Program-made: the position numbers and the translations under genes
Notes under the pieces: model-generated
Told to the model about the DNA's origin: nothing
Database searches by the model: none
What the model saw: only the letters and a program-made list of their open reading frames with translations
Assembly: GCA_047495785.1 (NCBI GenBank)
Contig: JBLDXI010000007.1
Coordinates: 3,100,001-3,164,000, forward strand
Direction of reading: 5' to 3'
DNA length: 64,000 nucleotides
Source of the DNA: Lepidodermella squamata
Lineage: Eukaryota > Animalia > Gastrotricha
Shown here: positions 20,827 to 32,440 of the stretch, piece by piece
Layout: every line of letters begins with the position of its first letter
How positions within the stretch are numbered: the stretch's first letter is position 1

Positions 20827-22770
20827 TCATTGAATTAGAGCAGATCGCATTCTAGATATAATTTCAGTCAATAATTTTCTGTCACGCCGTACATTTTTTG
20901 CAAAGCGATCACTTTTCGAAACAAGTAAAGCTATCAATTTGCCGAACAAAAGTTCCCGTCTCGTGTAAACCTCTGATTTCGACACGCTGATTCTTCTTGA
21001 ATTTTTCACCAGAGATCGATTCAGGGTCACCAATTCGAGAAAATTTACACGCTTCGAAACATCGGGGGCAATCTCAACAATTTCGATAAGAAGAGCTAAA
21101 TCCAAAATATCGCGAGTCCAAGCAGCAACTACATCTCCTGATGGTCGATTGGCCTGGCGAATCAAGCTTCCAAAAGCCGAGTCGAAAATTGCCACAATAT
21201 CGTTAAATTCAAGACGTTGGACTACTTCAGCGGTAGAATTTCGCAGAATTACGATGATCATCATTAAAGTGCCACCACTAGCCGCGGTTTTGTAAGACAA
21301 TGCCGTTTCGATCAACTCTGAATTTTCCCCACTGTAGAAAAATCGATAGAAATACGTATTCTGGCCACATTCCGTCAAAAATAGGTTCACAATCGAAACG
21401 AGAAATGCTGCCGAATTTTTCAGCTGCACAAAATTCAATTTTTTCACGAAAATCTTGCAAAAAATCGAACTATTTGCTAAACAACTCAGCTGTTCGCGAG
21501 AAGTGTTACAGTAGTAGAATTCGAAAATTTCCGAAAATATTCCAAGGTCATTAACGGTTTCCAGAAGTTTCGAAATAACAATTGGTAGAGTGACATTTTT
21601 GAGGAATATTTTCAAAATTTTCGGTTTACGGCACAGAGCTAGAATCGCATCGAGATATCTCTTGCCTGGCTCTTCAAATTTCGCCGCAAGAATCAACAGC
21701 GCGAAACTCAACATATCAACAGCCTCGTCTGAATTGTGTTGCCAAGGAAACGGCTTTTCGGCAGCTGCGACTAGCAGCACAATCGTGATTTCGAAAAATC
21801 TGAAAGTCTTCGCCAAAGTTAGCCCGGATGAAAGCAACGATCGAAGAGTTATTCGAGTTAACAGCGCAAAATTCGAAAATTCAACCTCAGCAAGTTTCAT
21901 GCGTAGCTCGAAAATGCTGGGGAAAATCGATGAAATTGCCTCGCGATGAATCATAGAAATTCGAAATCCGTCATCACTCGCCAGAGATTCAAGCAATTTA
22001 TGGATCATCGATCTGAACCAATCGAGTTCAAAAGCTACAGCATTCAATTTCCCGAGAGAACACGACACGAATAAATTGATTAAAAGTCGAATTTGGCTCG
22101 GTGTTATTGTTTCGATGGAAATTTTATCAGCGAAATCTCGAAAAAGGACATTCGAGCCTAGGGCATCGAACGTTTTTCTAGTTGATTCAATTCTTTCATC
22201 GGACTGACATGCTAATAAAGCAACACCTACTAAATAGGTCAAATTGTCCCAATTTTCATTCGACCATTGAGAAATTCGATCAGCTTGTAGGTTGAAATCC
22301 AATTGTTTCGTATCAACGTGTACCATCGAACACTTGTCAGCTTGCACTTTCGAAAATTGCTCACGAGTTTCATTAATCATAGGATTAAATGGGTGATAGC
22401 TGTAGACAAAGGTTAACGTCCAGTTCAGCATCATCGCCGTTGAAAATCGGCCGGATTTCAAGGCGCAATTAGCCATTTTGTCGAGAAATGCTGCCGACCA
22501 GGCAAATAAATCGTCAGCTTTTGAAAATGCTTTGAAGGCTTCTTCGTATCGACTCTTCGCCATCAATTCGTCTCCGATTCTAATCAATTGTGAGATTTGT
22601 TGTTGCCGTTTTTCAGCAGCGTCGATTTCGCTCATCAAATTCGCTCGATTGCAGATTCTTTCGATGAAATTATCAATGTCCTCTGCATTGTTTAAATTAG
22701 ACAGTGTTTCATGTACTTGCGTTGAATTCGGCATGACATCTACACCAAATATAAGCTGGAAAACTCTCAT
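20827..22770 (-). CDS. Array family member, 647 aa (subfamily with 27235 and 30149)
   Basis: WDNLTY, PSQIR, SDDGFR, RPSGDVVAAWTRDILDLA, RRDRKLL. Confidence 0.9.
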   Translation of the reverse strand: MRVFQLIFGVDVMPNSTQVHETLSNLNNAEDIDNFIERICNRANLMSEIDAAEKRQQQISQLIRIGDELMAKSRYEEAFKAFSKADDLFAWSAAFLDKMANCALKSGRFSTAMMLNWTLTFVYSYHPFNPMINETREQFSKVQADKCSMVHVDTKQLDFNLQADRISQWSNENWDNLTYLVGVALLACQSDERIESTRKTFDALGSNVLFRDFADKISIETITPSQIRLLINLFVSCSLGKLNAVAFELDWFRSMIHKLLESLASDDGFRISMIHREAISSIFPSIFELRMKLAEVEFSNFALLTRITLRSLLSSGLTLAKTFRFFEITIVLLVAAAEKPFPWQHNSDEAVDMLSFALLILAAKFEEPGKRYLDAILALCRKPKILKIFLKNVTLPIVISKLLETVNDLGIFSEIFEFYYCNTSREQLSCLANSSIFCKIFVKKLNFVQLKNSAAFLVSIVNLFLTECGQNTYFYRFFYSGENSELIETALSYKTAASGGTLMMIIVILRNSTAEVVQRLEFNDIVAIFDSAFGSLIRQANRPSGDVVAAWTRDILDLALLIEIVEIAPDVSKRVNFLELVTLNRSLVKNSRRISVSKSEVYTRRELLFGKLIALLVSKSDRFAKNVRRDRKLLTEIISRMRSALIQ

Positions 22771-22958
22771 TATTTTCTTGAAAAAACCTAGCCGGCTGGG
22801 TAAATCAGCGAAATAAAATTAAAACGACCAAAGACCCCAAAAAAAACGAAATAATTTTACAGAATATCTTTTAGCGGAACGAAATGTACAGGATCGGAAC
22901 CAAATATGCTGTAGTGGAACCAAAGTCAAAATTTGCCACGGGTCACTTTTTAAATATA

Positions 22959-23140
22959 CCGTATTTGTTTCTAGAGCCCTGGCTACTAAAATTTCAGCTA
23001 AAATCTTAAAAATTCGAAAATTAATTTTTGGCAAAAAATGGTTCATTTTTGACGTTTCGAACCGACCTGACCCCTCAGCCCAGGGCTACTATTAGGGATG
23101 GGCGATTATTAGCGAATGGGCAACTTAGGAACTAATACGG
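22959..23140. mobile_element. MITE with CCGTA termini and TA TSD (Tc1/mariner-pogo type)
   Basis: TA|CCGTATTTGTTTCTA ... TAGGAACTAATACGG|TA (13/15 match). Confidence 0.7.
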
Positions 23141-23580
23141 TAACTATGAAATTGAGTTTTTTCAGAATTATTGTTATCAATCTTGATACCCAAGAATATC
23201 GGAAAAGTTAGAAAATTCCAAAATCTGATTCCGCTGCAGCAAATTAGGTGCCGCTCACCGTAAATTTTTTTCCGGTGAAAGGAAGACCCATAATTTCACC
23301 CAATAATTAATAAATTATACATGGCTCTCGAAAATCAAGAAATTTATTGATATATTTCTCCTTTTGCCGCAACGAAGCTGTGCGTATAGCAAATAAGATT
23401 CGACACATTAAAGCCCCGCTCCTACCTGAGAATTAAACATTCAGGCTGGCAAAGGCATGTAAAATTGATCGGAGGATTTTAAAAGAAAATTGAATTCTTT
23501 TGTCAGTTTTCTCAAATAATTAAAAGGGTTAATCTTTAAAAAATGTAATTAAAATTAAAAATTAAAAGCTATGGCGATGT

Positions 23581-23635
23581 GACCTCCCGATTATGAGACT
23601 GGCGCTCTTCATTCAGCCAACTGAGACAATGAGGC
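23581..23635 (-). pseudogene. tRNA-Met(CAT)-derived fragment (tRNA pseudogene or SINE head)
   Basis: Minus strand GCCTC..CAGTTGG...AGCGCCAGTCTCATAATCGGGAGGTC resembles the 5' two-thirds of eukaryotic elongator tRNA-Met. No T-arm or 3' acceptor strand. Confidence 0.5.
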
Positions 23636-24229
23636 TGCCCTAAAACTCCTCATGCATCGCTCGATTTTTTTCATTGAGGGCAAATGGAAACAGGTACAAT
23701 CCAGAGCCAGAATGAAATCGATTGGATGAAATAAACAGCTTGCACATCAAAACAAACGAATGAACAACGAATACCGTTCAAGATTTAAAATGGATGCTGA
23801 GTTGTATATAATAAAATCAATGAAAATCACACCACTAAAATTGAGTTTCTTGAGAGCGTTTGTCTGATTTGTGCGATTTTCCACGTTACGCTTTTTGGCC
23901 ATGGATAACCGCATGCACCGCATGAACTCACGGTTTTTCAGTGAGCCACATTTTTTCATCTATTGTCGGTGTAAAAAAAAACATTCTCGATTCTCGTATC
24001 GCATTTTCTGACAGTTCATTTTAAATTAGCAAATGCAAGATCGACCAAGCACCAATCGAATCAGCATCTTGTTAATTATGAAACGATGAGCTATTTCGGA
24101 AATTTCAAGCCCAGGCTTGATTGAGGCAATTTTTAGAAACATCATCCCAGCTTGGATTTCTCTCAAGAATTTTCGGATGATTTCCAGAATGAAACCAGTG
24201 ATCAAGTATTGAGTTGAGTTGAAACCGCG

Positions 24230-24283
24230 AAGTTGCGAATTGGGCGTAGCATTCTCGCCGAATATGATCTGAAAAACTCCCAT
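24230..24283 (-). pseudogene. Isolated N-terminal remnant of an array family member
   Basis: MGVFQIIFGENATPNSQ matches MRVFQLIFGENALPNSP of 27235-29190, after which homology is lost. Confidence 0.7.
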
Positions 24284-24314
24284 ATCCCATAATAAGGTAA
24301 CGAATGTGCTATTT

Positions 24315-24364
24315 GCACCCACGCGCGGCATGAGACGTAGCTACGTCTCATGACGCGCGGGTGC
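24315..24364. repeat. Perfect 24-bp palindrome with imperfect extension
   Basis: CATGAGACGTAGCTACGTCTCATG (24329-24352), flanked by GCACCCACGCGCG / CGCGCGGGTGC. Confidence 0.9.
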
Positions 24365-25026
24365 GTCCGATTTGCTAGCTACACCTTAAGGGTGTAACAA
24401 CTATGCTCGCTACACCCTATGCCACACGTTAGTGCGGGTGCGACGATTACACTCGCCACACCCTATACATTTAAAAACAATAAGGAATTAGGAAAAAGCC
24501 GGCTGTCGGTGCGGCGAGGTGTACAGTGTACAGCAATCTCTATTTAGCAACGTGCAAAAAAACTCACCCAAACTTGCTAAACCCAATTCTCTGACGACCC
24601 AAAATTTTATAAAAGTCTTAACAAAAGGTTTTATTGAATTTTCGGCTTCACGCGGGCTCTAGAGAGAGAGAGATGCAGCGAGCCAATTTCGATATTTTAC
24701 TGCTAAAATTATTGAAGGTGACAATTTTGTTCTGCTTCTTCCAGTAAAATTGATTATTAAATAATCAAGCGTCGAAAAATTTAATAAATTAAAGCTGACC
24801 GAAACTCGGAAAGAAATCCCAGAAATTCCCAAAAATTGAGTTTCGACAGCTTTGGTTTCACATTTTTCCCGATTTCTGCGCTTCGATTTTGCATTGATAA
24901 TGATGCACCGTATTATAGCCCCATTTATATCAAAATTATCATTTCAGCAGCGAATAAATCATAATTTTTATTTCCTGTCTTGCGTAATAGCATCACGCGT
25001 AGCATCACAATCAGAAAATATTAGAA

Positions 25027-25218
25027 TATTAGAAATCTAGTCCGTGGCTCCTGTCATTTTTCTCACGAGACCTGTTATCGAAGGTCAAAGGTGTGTCTAA
25101 CTAAACCGGGAGACTCGGCCTTCGACACGGCTGTGGCGTCTCGTCTTTGGTAACGACGCGTAACATGGCTTAATTCTCTTGCGAAAAATGACTCGGGTTA
25201 CGGACTAGGTTTCTAATA
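25027..25218. mobile_element. Foldback/MITE-like element with ~40-bp imperfect TIRs
   Basis: TATTAGAAATCTAGTCCGTGGCTCCTGTCATTTTTC vs the reverse complement of the right end, TATTAGAAACCTAGTCCGTAACCCGAGTCATTTTTC. Confidence 0.65.
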
Positions 25219-25347
25219 ACCGAAAACCGTGTTAATAGGTCTTAGAGTTGATGTATCAATCAGGATACAGGCGGTTTCTGAATCTGAATAATTGTCACCG
25301 AATGAATTTTCGAAAAATTCATGAAAATCCATGATGTGTGTTTGAGC

Positions 25348-26493
25348 TCAGATGAAACCGGTGTTCCTCGCAACCGTCACGGCGTAGGCATTGATTACAA
25401 TGAAGAAGACAATCACCAACGCGAGCGCGAGGAGATCAATAAATCTGCCAATCGTCATCCCAGTTTTACCGAGAAATAGCGTGCAATTCGCTGGTTTATT
25501 GAAGAATGGTTTGTAAGCCCTTGCAAAGCCACATGAGGCCAAGGAATATATGGTGCACGCCCAAGCGAAAATCGAGCATAGATCCGTGTAGTTGCTCAAG
25601 AAGACTCGTTGCGGCTTCGGCGGGATTCGGCTAATAACACTCGCTTGCATAAAAGTCATAGCCAGTAGGATAGTGACCGCAAAAACCGGCCTATCTGGTA
25701 TATCCGGCAGTAATAAGAAAGCAGCGATCTCAAGGCTGGACAGAACGAAACATGGGATCATCAGGTTGTTGATGAAGAATTGAGGCTTCCGTCGGAAATA
25801 GAGCGTGTAATGAGCTACGCTTCGATTGCCGAAGACAACTATTGTAGTGATAACCTGATCCCAGCCGAGGTATTCCCATTCCAAACCGGGACTCGTGAAT
25901 AATCCGTCGACAGCCGAATCTCCAGAGGAAGTCCATACGCAGGCCCTAATATCCTCTGACAAGATGAATGAAACTGTGCACGATTGGGTATCGAAGGGGA
26001 ATAATGTGAAATCCATAGGGCAAAGTGAGGTGAAAACGCCCACCCGCTGCCAATAGCTTCTGACTGCACCCTTTGGGGTTTTAAAATCACGCAAAAGAAT
26101 GAGCCGCTCCGCAAAGCCATCTGCCACTGAGAAGTCTGAAATTGCGTTCTTGTGAATAAAATGAGGCGTCCATGTTTGATCCTTCCCGACATAGACTGTG
26201 TGATTAGCGGGTCTAGTGTAGTTAGGGCATGGCGCCACCCAGCGTAGGGTCAAAGCGGCTGACATGGTCAAGGTTTCATCAGCATCGATTATCGAGTGAA
26301 AGCGATGTGGCTGAAAACCAATCGACACCTGCTGCGTGTTACATGGCACGGGGGATTCGTAATTTCCTTCCGGGCAGGTTGGGTTGTAGGCGCCAAATCG
26401 CAAGCTCATACATGAATCAAGCATTTCGTTGAGAATGTCGGCTGAACAGCTAGTTATCATAACGGTGAGATATAAAGCTGGCCCGAAAACCAT
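25348..26493 (-). CDS. Cys-loop ligand-gated ion channel subunit, conventional length (381 aa), intronless
   Basis: Probable start MVFGPALYLTVMITSCSA (signal peptide); WTP; CPMDFTLFPFDTQSC; RRKPQFF pre-M1; 4 TM; short M3-M4 loop. Confidence 0.9.
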   Translation of the reverse strand: MVFGPALYLTVMITSCSADILNEMLDSCMSLRFGAYNPTCPEGNYESPVPCNTQQVSIGFQPHRFHSIIDADETLTMSAALTLRWVAPCPNYTRPANHTVYVGKDQTWTPHFIHKNAISDFSVADGFAERLILLRDFKTPKGAVRSYWQRVGVFTSLCPMDFTLFPFDTQSCTVSFILSEDIRACVWTSSGDSAVDGLFTSPGLEWEYLGWDQVITTIVVFGNRSVAHYTLYFRRKPQFFINNLMIPCFVLSSLEIAAFLLLPDIPDRPVFAVTILLAMTFMQASVISRIPPKPQRVFLSNYTDLCSIFAWACTIYSLASCGFARAYKPFFNKPANCTLFLGKTGMTIGRFIDLLALALVIVFFIVINAYAVTVARNTGFI

Positions 26494-27234
26494 TGTTAGC
26501 AATGAAATATTAGTCGCTATCAGAATGATAAATAAATAAATTACTTTTAGTACAAATCTTTTTTTCATCTACATTGATAAGAATTATCGATTGAAATCGT
26601 TATGATTCCATTAACTCAGGAATTTCCGGCTTTTCATCATATTGTTTTGTCAATTATGGTTCTCGTCTCGGTGTACAGGTAAAAGCCAGGACCACTGCGG
26701 GTTGTTAGCGGAATAGTTCCGCGTCCCATAACAACAGGCATGATAAAACTGGACAATTATTCAAGGCTTGTTAGAGCCCATGCTGTGTTAAAAACACCAA
26801 GCAATTGGAGGCTGAGCATGTTCGTAACACTGTCAGCAATGGATGGGTGGGAACCGGTTTGGGACAAGTCTAAATGATCCATAGCTATGAGGGCACCGAC
26901 AATCAGTCCGGATCACCGGGCTCAGCCGTGGATTAAGATTCAATCAGCGTTGACAGGATTTTCCATGGATTGTAAGCTTTGAAAAGTCCTGCACAAAACT
27001 AAGAAAACTTCAAATATTCTGTTTTTCTTATTTGTCTGTTATTTGTCTCAAAGGCTTAGTGGCAAATTCCAAATTGTTTGTCATATCAACATTAAAAAAG
27101 CTAAAACAAAAAATACCAAACAGCCAAAGTATTTTATTAATAGAAATAATAGGTAGCAAAGATCAAACACAAAACTTGTTCAAATACTGGAAAGATCATC
27201 CCTTTTGCTGCCAAAAACCCTCATGCATCGAACT

Positions 27235-29190
27235 TCATTGAATTAGAACAGATCGCATTCTCGAGATTATTTCGCTCAACAATTTCCTATCACGCCGCAA
27301 ACATTTCGCAAGGCCATGATTTTTTGAAACAAGTGTAGCAATCAATCGGCCAAACATGAGCTCTCTGCGCACGTAGCAATCGAATCTTTCAGACGATCGA
27401 TTGTTATTTTTGTGATTTCTCGCCAAAGCTCGGTTCAAGGTCTTAAATTCAAGAGAATTAAATCGATTCGAAATTTCTGGAACAATCCTGATTATTTCGA
27501 TTAGAACAGCTAGATCTACAATGTCCCGAGTCCATGACGTCACCACATCTCCAGGCGGTCGATTCACCTGGCGAAGCAAATTGCCAAGAGCCGAGTCGAA
27601 AAACTGTTCAAAAACTTCAATGCCGAAATCTCGGGCCGATTCAGTGGTAAAATTTCGCAAAAATACGAGAATAAACCACGAATTGTTAGCCGTTCTAAGG
27701 TTTATTGTCGTCAAATTAATGAACAACGAATTATCAGCGCTGTAGAAATATCGATAGAACACCGAATCTCGCCCTCCTTCTCGCAAAAACAAGCTAAAAA
27801 TCGGAACGAGAATCAATAAACCATTCGCCACGTAAACCATACTTAATTTCTTCAAGAATATTTTAGCGAAAATCGCACTGTTGACCAGAGAATGCAACGC
27901 ATCCCGAGTAAGCTTGGAGGTGATGAATTTGTAAAACTTTAAAATTATCAAGGATTCGTCCTCCAAGCGCCGAACTTTCGCCAAAACAATAGGTAGCGTG
28001 ACACTTTTCACAAAAATGTCCCCAATTTCCGATTTCAAACACATAAAGTAAACGGCTTCCAGAAATCGTTTGCCTTGTTCTTGGAACTTCAATGTAAGAA
28101 ACAGAAGAGCTAAACTGAGCAAATCAACAGTCTCGTCAGAATTGTGTTGTAACGGAAGCGGCTTATCCGCGGCTACAACCATCAGCACTATCATTGATTC
28201 GAATTTTTCTGAAAGCTGCGTCAAAATTAGGCCGGATGAAAATAACGATCGAACAATCACTCGAGCTAAGAGCGAAAAATTAATAAAATCCACCATAACG
28301 AGTTCAAATCGCAGCTCAAAAATGCTGAGAAAAATCGACGAAATTGCCTCGTGATTAACCAGAGAAATTCGAAATCCGTCATCACTTGTTAGAGATTCGA
28401 GCAATTTACGGATCATTGACTTGAACCAATCCAGCGCAAAGGCGACACAACGTAGCTTGCCAATCGAACAAGTGATGAATAAACAGATTACAAGTCGAAT
28501 TTGGCTTGGTTTAATCGTTTCAATCGAAATATTGTCAGCGAAATCTCGAAAATGGCTATTCGAGCCCAGGGCATCAAGAGTGATTTTCGCACCAGTTATT
28601 GCTTCGGATCCTATCTTCGACTGGCAGGCAAGTAGAGCGACTGACGCTAGATACGTCAAATTGTCCCAATTTTGATTGTCCCATTTCGAAATTCGATCAG
28701 CTTGAAGTTTAAAATCGATAGTTTTCGCGTCGACGTGAGCCATTGAGCAATTGTCAACATTCATTTTCCGAAACTCTTCACGAACTTCGTCCATCAAAGG
28801 ATTTCGGGACGGAAGGTTGTAAACAAAGTTCAACGTCCAACATATAACCATTGCGGTTGAACATCGACCAGATCTCAGGGCGGAAACCGCAAATCTTAGA
28901 AGAAATCCTTCCGACCATGCGAATAAATCGTCAGCTGTTGAAAATGCTTTGAAGGCTTCTTCGTACCGGTAATGGTTCTTTACCATCAATTGGTCTCCGA
29001 TTCGGTTAAGTTGTAAGATTTGCTGCTGCCGTTGTTCAGCGTCGATTTCGCTCATCAAATTCGCTCGAATGCAGATTTTTTCGATGAAATCATCGATATC
29101 TTCGTGGCTTTTCAAATTAAGCAATGTTTCATGCACTTGCGGGGAATTCGGCAAGGCATTTTCGCCGAATATCAGTTGGAAAACCCTCAT
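27235..29190 (-). CDS. Array family member, 651 aa
   Basis: Close paralogue of 20827-22770 (RANLMSEIDA, WDNLTY, RPPGDVVTSWTRDI). Confidence 0.9.
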   Translation of the reverse strand: MRVFQLIFGENALPNSPQVHETLLNLKSHEDIDDFIEKICIRANLMSEIDAEQRQQQILQLNRIGDQLMVKNHYRYEEAFKAFSTADDLFAWSEGFLLRFAVSALRSGRCSTAMVICWTLNFVYNLPSRNPLMDEVREEFRKMNVDNCSMAHVDAKTIDFKLQADRISKWDNQNWDNLTYLASVALLACQSKIGSEAITGAKITLDALGSNSHFRDFADNISIETIKPSQIRLVICLFITCSIGKLRCVAFALDWFKSMIRKLLESLTSDDGFRISLVNHEAISSIFLSIFELRFELVMVDFINFSLLARVIVRSLFSSGLILTQLSEKFESMIVLMVVAADKPLPLQHNSDETVDLLSLALLFLTLKFQEQGKRFLEAVYFMCLKSEIGDIFVKSVTLPIVLAKVRRLEDESLIILKFYKFITSKLTRDALHSLVNSAIFAKIFLKKLSMVYVANGLLILVPIFSLFLREGGRDSVFYRYFYSADNSLFINLTTINLRTANNSWFILVFLRNFTTESARDFGIEVFEQFFDSALGNLLRQVNRPPGDVVTSWTRDIVDLAVLIEIIRIVPEISNRFNSLEFKTLNRALARNHKNNNRSSERFDCYVRRELMFGRLIATLVSKNHGLAKCLRRDRKLLSEIISRMRSVLIQ

Positions 29191-30148
29191 TATATTCAAA
29201 ACAACCTAAACATGCTACAAAAATTAGCCTTAAAAATAAAAAATATTTTACTAAATTTTATATAACGCAAAATTTCGGGAAAACATAAATCCTGAAAATT
29301 GGGCAATTGCTGCTCAGTCTTGATCGCCATCAAATAAATGAAACCATAGTGAAAAAGAGGTTTTGTATCGTAACAACGGTTGGGTTGCCCACCTCAAATG
29401 GTATACCACGTGAAAGGGCAGCTCGCGTTCTATACGCATGCAAAATTTGGTAAAAAACGGAGATATCAGTTTTGAAAAATTCAACTTTGAATAATAATGA
29501 AGATTCTGAAATTTTAGCTTGAGTGCTTATTTGATTGGTCATTTTTTTCTCTATATGCCATCAATCAATAAATTTTTCCATGAAATATTGTTCAGAGTTG
29601 ATTATATTCATGGCCATATTTTTTGTCCCAGGCCCTTACTTCTTCCCTAGGGAGAGGTTCTACTTGTTACAACTATGTGTAACCAATGAAGCTTCTTATT
29701 AGAGAATCTCAAAAATCAACAGTCGGCAAAATTTGAAAAATTATAGCTGCCTAGAAGAAAAAGGTCTCGGCAGTACATATTGGGCTTTCAAGAAAACACG
29801 TGGCTTCGTACACAAATTCATTCGTTTTCATTCATTCGGATTATAATTAATTTTCTATCAAGACATGAAAGGATACCTGGGTTACAGATTTTTTTGCGAT
29901 TTCCGGACTTTTCGGATTTGAAATATGAGTCCTTTTTATAGCATTACCAAATTTTGGAATTCTCTAGCGGCGTGAAATAAATTCTCGGGAATTTCTTGCG
30001 CGTCAAAATTTCAGGACATATTTCGCAAAATGCTAATTTGATTCTGCTAAAGATATTCTGACTTGAAATGACGCATTCCATTCACTATCTAAGTAAACAT
30101 TTTATTAAAAATGACATTCATAGTATTCCCTGTCTCAATCGGCTGACT

Positions 30149-32089
30149 TCAAAACAGAACAGATCGCATTCTCGAGGTTATTTCACTCAACAATTTCCTA
30201 TCACAGCGTAAATTGTTCGCAAAATTATCATTTTTCGAAACAACTGAAGCAATAAATTTCCCGAGAATAAGTTCCCGTTTCACGTAAATCTCAGCAACGT
30301 CAGAAGATCGCGTTTTTCTAACATTTTTCGACAACGCCCGATTCAAGTCGATTAATCGGTTGATACTGTACCTGTTCGAAATATATGGAAATAGCTCCAT
30401 AATTTCGATAAGAACGGCCAAATCCAGAATATCCCGTGTCCATGCCGCAATCACATCTCCAGGCGGCCGTTTGGCCTGCCGAATCAAACTCTCAGAAGCA
30501 AAGCCGAAAATCGCCGAAAAAACGCCAAGGCTAAAGCGTTCAACCAATTTAGTCATGAAATCGACATCGGAATTCCGTAAAATCACGAGGTAGAGCAAAT
30601 AATATTTATCGTAATCTGAATATTTGCAGGACATCATATTGCCCAAAATCGACGATTTCTCGCTGCTGATGTAGAAACAGTGGTAAAATACCGAATTTCG
30701 CCCGCCTTCTCGCAAAAACCAATGCAGAATTGGTAGAAAATGCCCAGCATTGCTAACTTGAAGAATGGCCGTCAAATTCCTCAAAAAAATCGTCGTAAAA
30801 CGCGAATAATTGACTAAACGTCCCAGCTGATCTCGGGACATTTCACGAGTGAAAAAACCGAAAATTTTCGAAATTTCGTCGTGGCCCGAGTTGAGAAATT
30901 CTGCCAGAACGCACGGCAGAGTGATGTTTTTCGAAAAAATTCCAGAAAGTTTCGAACTTGAAAGAAACTGGATTGCATTCAGAAATTTTGCGCCTCGCTC
31001 GGGAAATTTTCGCAAAAGCATCACAAGTCCGAAGCTTAGAAAATCAACGTCTTCGGGCGAGTTTTCTGGCTTCAAATTCGCGGCTAAGTTCAGCCAGACC
31101 ATCATAGATTCGAATTCCTTCAATGTCTTCTTCAAAATTAAGCCGGATGAGCATAGCGATCGAACAGTGATCCGAGTTAAATCCGTAAAATTGAACAAAT
31201 CAATCTCGAATAATTTCTCCCGAAGTTCGAAAATGCTTGGGAAAATCGAAGAAATCGCCTCGTGGTTGATAATAGAAATTCGAAATCCGCCATCACTCGC
31301 CAGAGATTCCAGCAATTTCCTAATCATCGATTTGAACCAATCGAATTCGAAAGCTACGCAATGCAACTTTCCGCCCGAACACGCCACGAATAAATTGATC
31401 AGAAATCGAATTTGGCCTGGTTCTAGAGTTTCGATCGAGATTTTAGCCGCGAATTCTCGCAAGTGGCTATTTGAGCCAAGGGCATTGAAAGTCAATCTGA
31501 TAGGATTTCTCGCCTGGGATCCTTTCTCGCCTCTGCATGCCATCAAAGATTTCGACATCACATAGGTCAAATTGTCCCAATTGCGATTGTCCCATTTCGA
31601 AATTCGATCAGCTTGCAATTCGAAATCGATATTCCTCACGTCGATAAAATCCATCGAATCAGTGTCGATCTTCGCCTCCGAAAATTTCCATTGAGCCACG
31701 TCCAATAACGGATTTTTAGGTGGAAAGTTGTAAACATAGGTGAGGGTCCAGCTCACAACCATTGCGGTTGAAAATCGGCCCGATTTAACAGCTGAATACC
31801 CGAATTTATGGAGAAATTGCTCCGACCAGGCGAATAAATCGTCCGCTTTTGAATAGGCCTTGAAGGCCTCTTCGAAACGTTTCTGAGTCGTCAATGTGTC
31901 CCCGAGGTAGATCAGTTGCGAGATTTGTTTTCCAGCGTCATTTTTATCATGATTTTCACAGGCTCGAAGTCGAATTGTTTGAATAAAATCATTGACTTCG
32001 ACCGCAGTTTTCAAGGCCAGCAATTGCTCGTGCACAGCCGATGAGTTGGGCAAAGCATTTTTGCCGAAGACAAGTTCAAAAAGTCTCAT
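30149..32089 (-). CDS. Array family member, 646 aa
   Basis: Same subfamily (ADDLFAWSE, WDNLTY, RPPGDVIAAWTRDILDLA). Confidence 0.9.
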   Translation of the reverse strand: MRLFELVFGKNALPNSSAVHEQLLALKTAVEVNDFIQTIRLRACENHDKNDAGKQISQLIYLGDTLTTQKRFEEAFKAYSKADDLFAWSEQFLHKFGYSAVKSGRFSTAMVVSWTLTYVYNFPPKNPLLDVAQWKFSEAKIDTDSMDFIDVRNIDFELQADRISKWDNRNWDNLTYVMSKSLMACRGEKGSQARNPIRLTFNALGSNSHLREFAAKISIETLEPGQIRFLINLFVACSGGKLHCVAFEFDWFKSMIRKLLESLASDGGFRISIINHEAISSIFPSIFELREKLFEIDLFNFTDLTRITVRSLCSSGLILKKTLKEFESMMVWLNLAANLKPENSPEDVDFLSFGLVMLLRKFPERGAKFLNAIQFLSSSKLSGIFSKNITLPCVLAEFLNSGHDEISKIFGFFTREMSRDQLGRLVNYSRFTTIFLRNLTAILQVSNAGHFLPILHWFLREGGRNSVFYHCFYISSEKSSILGNMMSCKYSDYDKYYLLYLVILRNSDVDFMTKLVERFSLGVFSAIFGFASESLIRQAKRPPGDVIAAWTRDILDLAVLIEIMELFPYISNRYSINRLIDLNRALSKNVRKTRSSDVAEIYVKRELILGKFIASVVSKNDNFANNLRCDRKLLSEITSRMRSVLF

Positions 32090-32240
32090 CAATGATGTAA
32101 AAGTTGAAAATCTAAATCATTTAACAAAAGCGAGAAGTTATCAGCGGTGTTGGAGCCAAAATGTAGGGTATGATTGGCAAGCGAAGAAAATACACTGAAA
32201 AGGGTTCGAAAACTCTAAAATGAGAAACAAAGTCTCATTT

Positions 32241-32440
32241 CATGGCCAGAAAAATTTTAGAAAAATTCAACAAATTAGGAGAGTATTAATCAAGTAATTT
32301 TATATCAGTTGGCAATGGGATTGAATGTCCCGAGAAGTTTTGTCCAGTCCAGTAAAATACCGGAAATTACCGAACCAGTAACCATCGGGTTTTTCCGGGT
32401 TTTCTTCTGTAAATGTCCCATTTCTTCGATTAAATCGCGG
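32241..32440 (+). repeat. Dispersed repeat, diverged copy of 36788-36958
   Basis: Shared blocks CATGGCCAGAAAA, GTAAAATACCG.AAATTACC, CCATCGGG and TTTCTTCG.TTAAATCGCGG. Confidence 0.7.

Noticed and set aside
30849-31565. 238-aa plus-strand ORF with similar copies at 21590 and 28070
   Set aside because: Antisense shadows of the paralogous minus-strand array genes.
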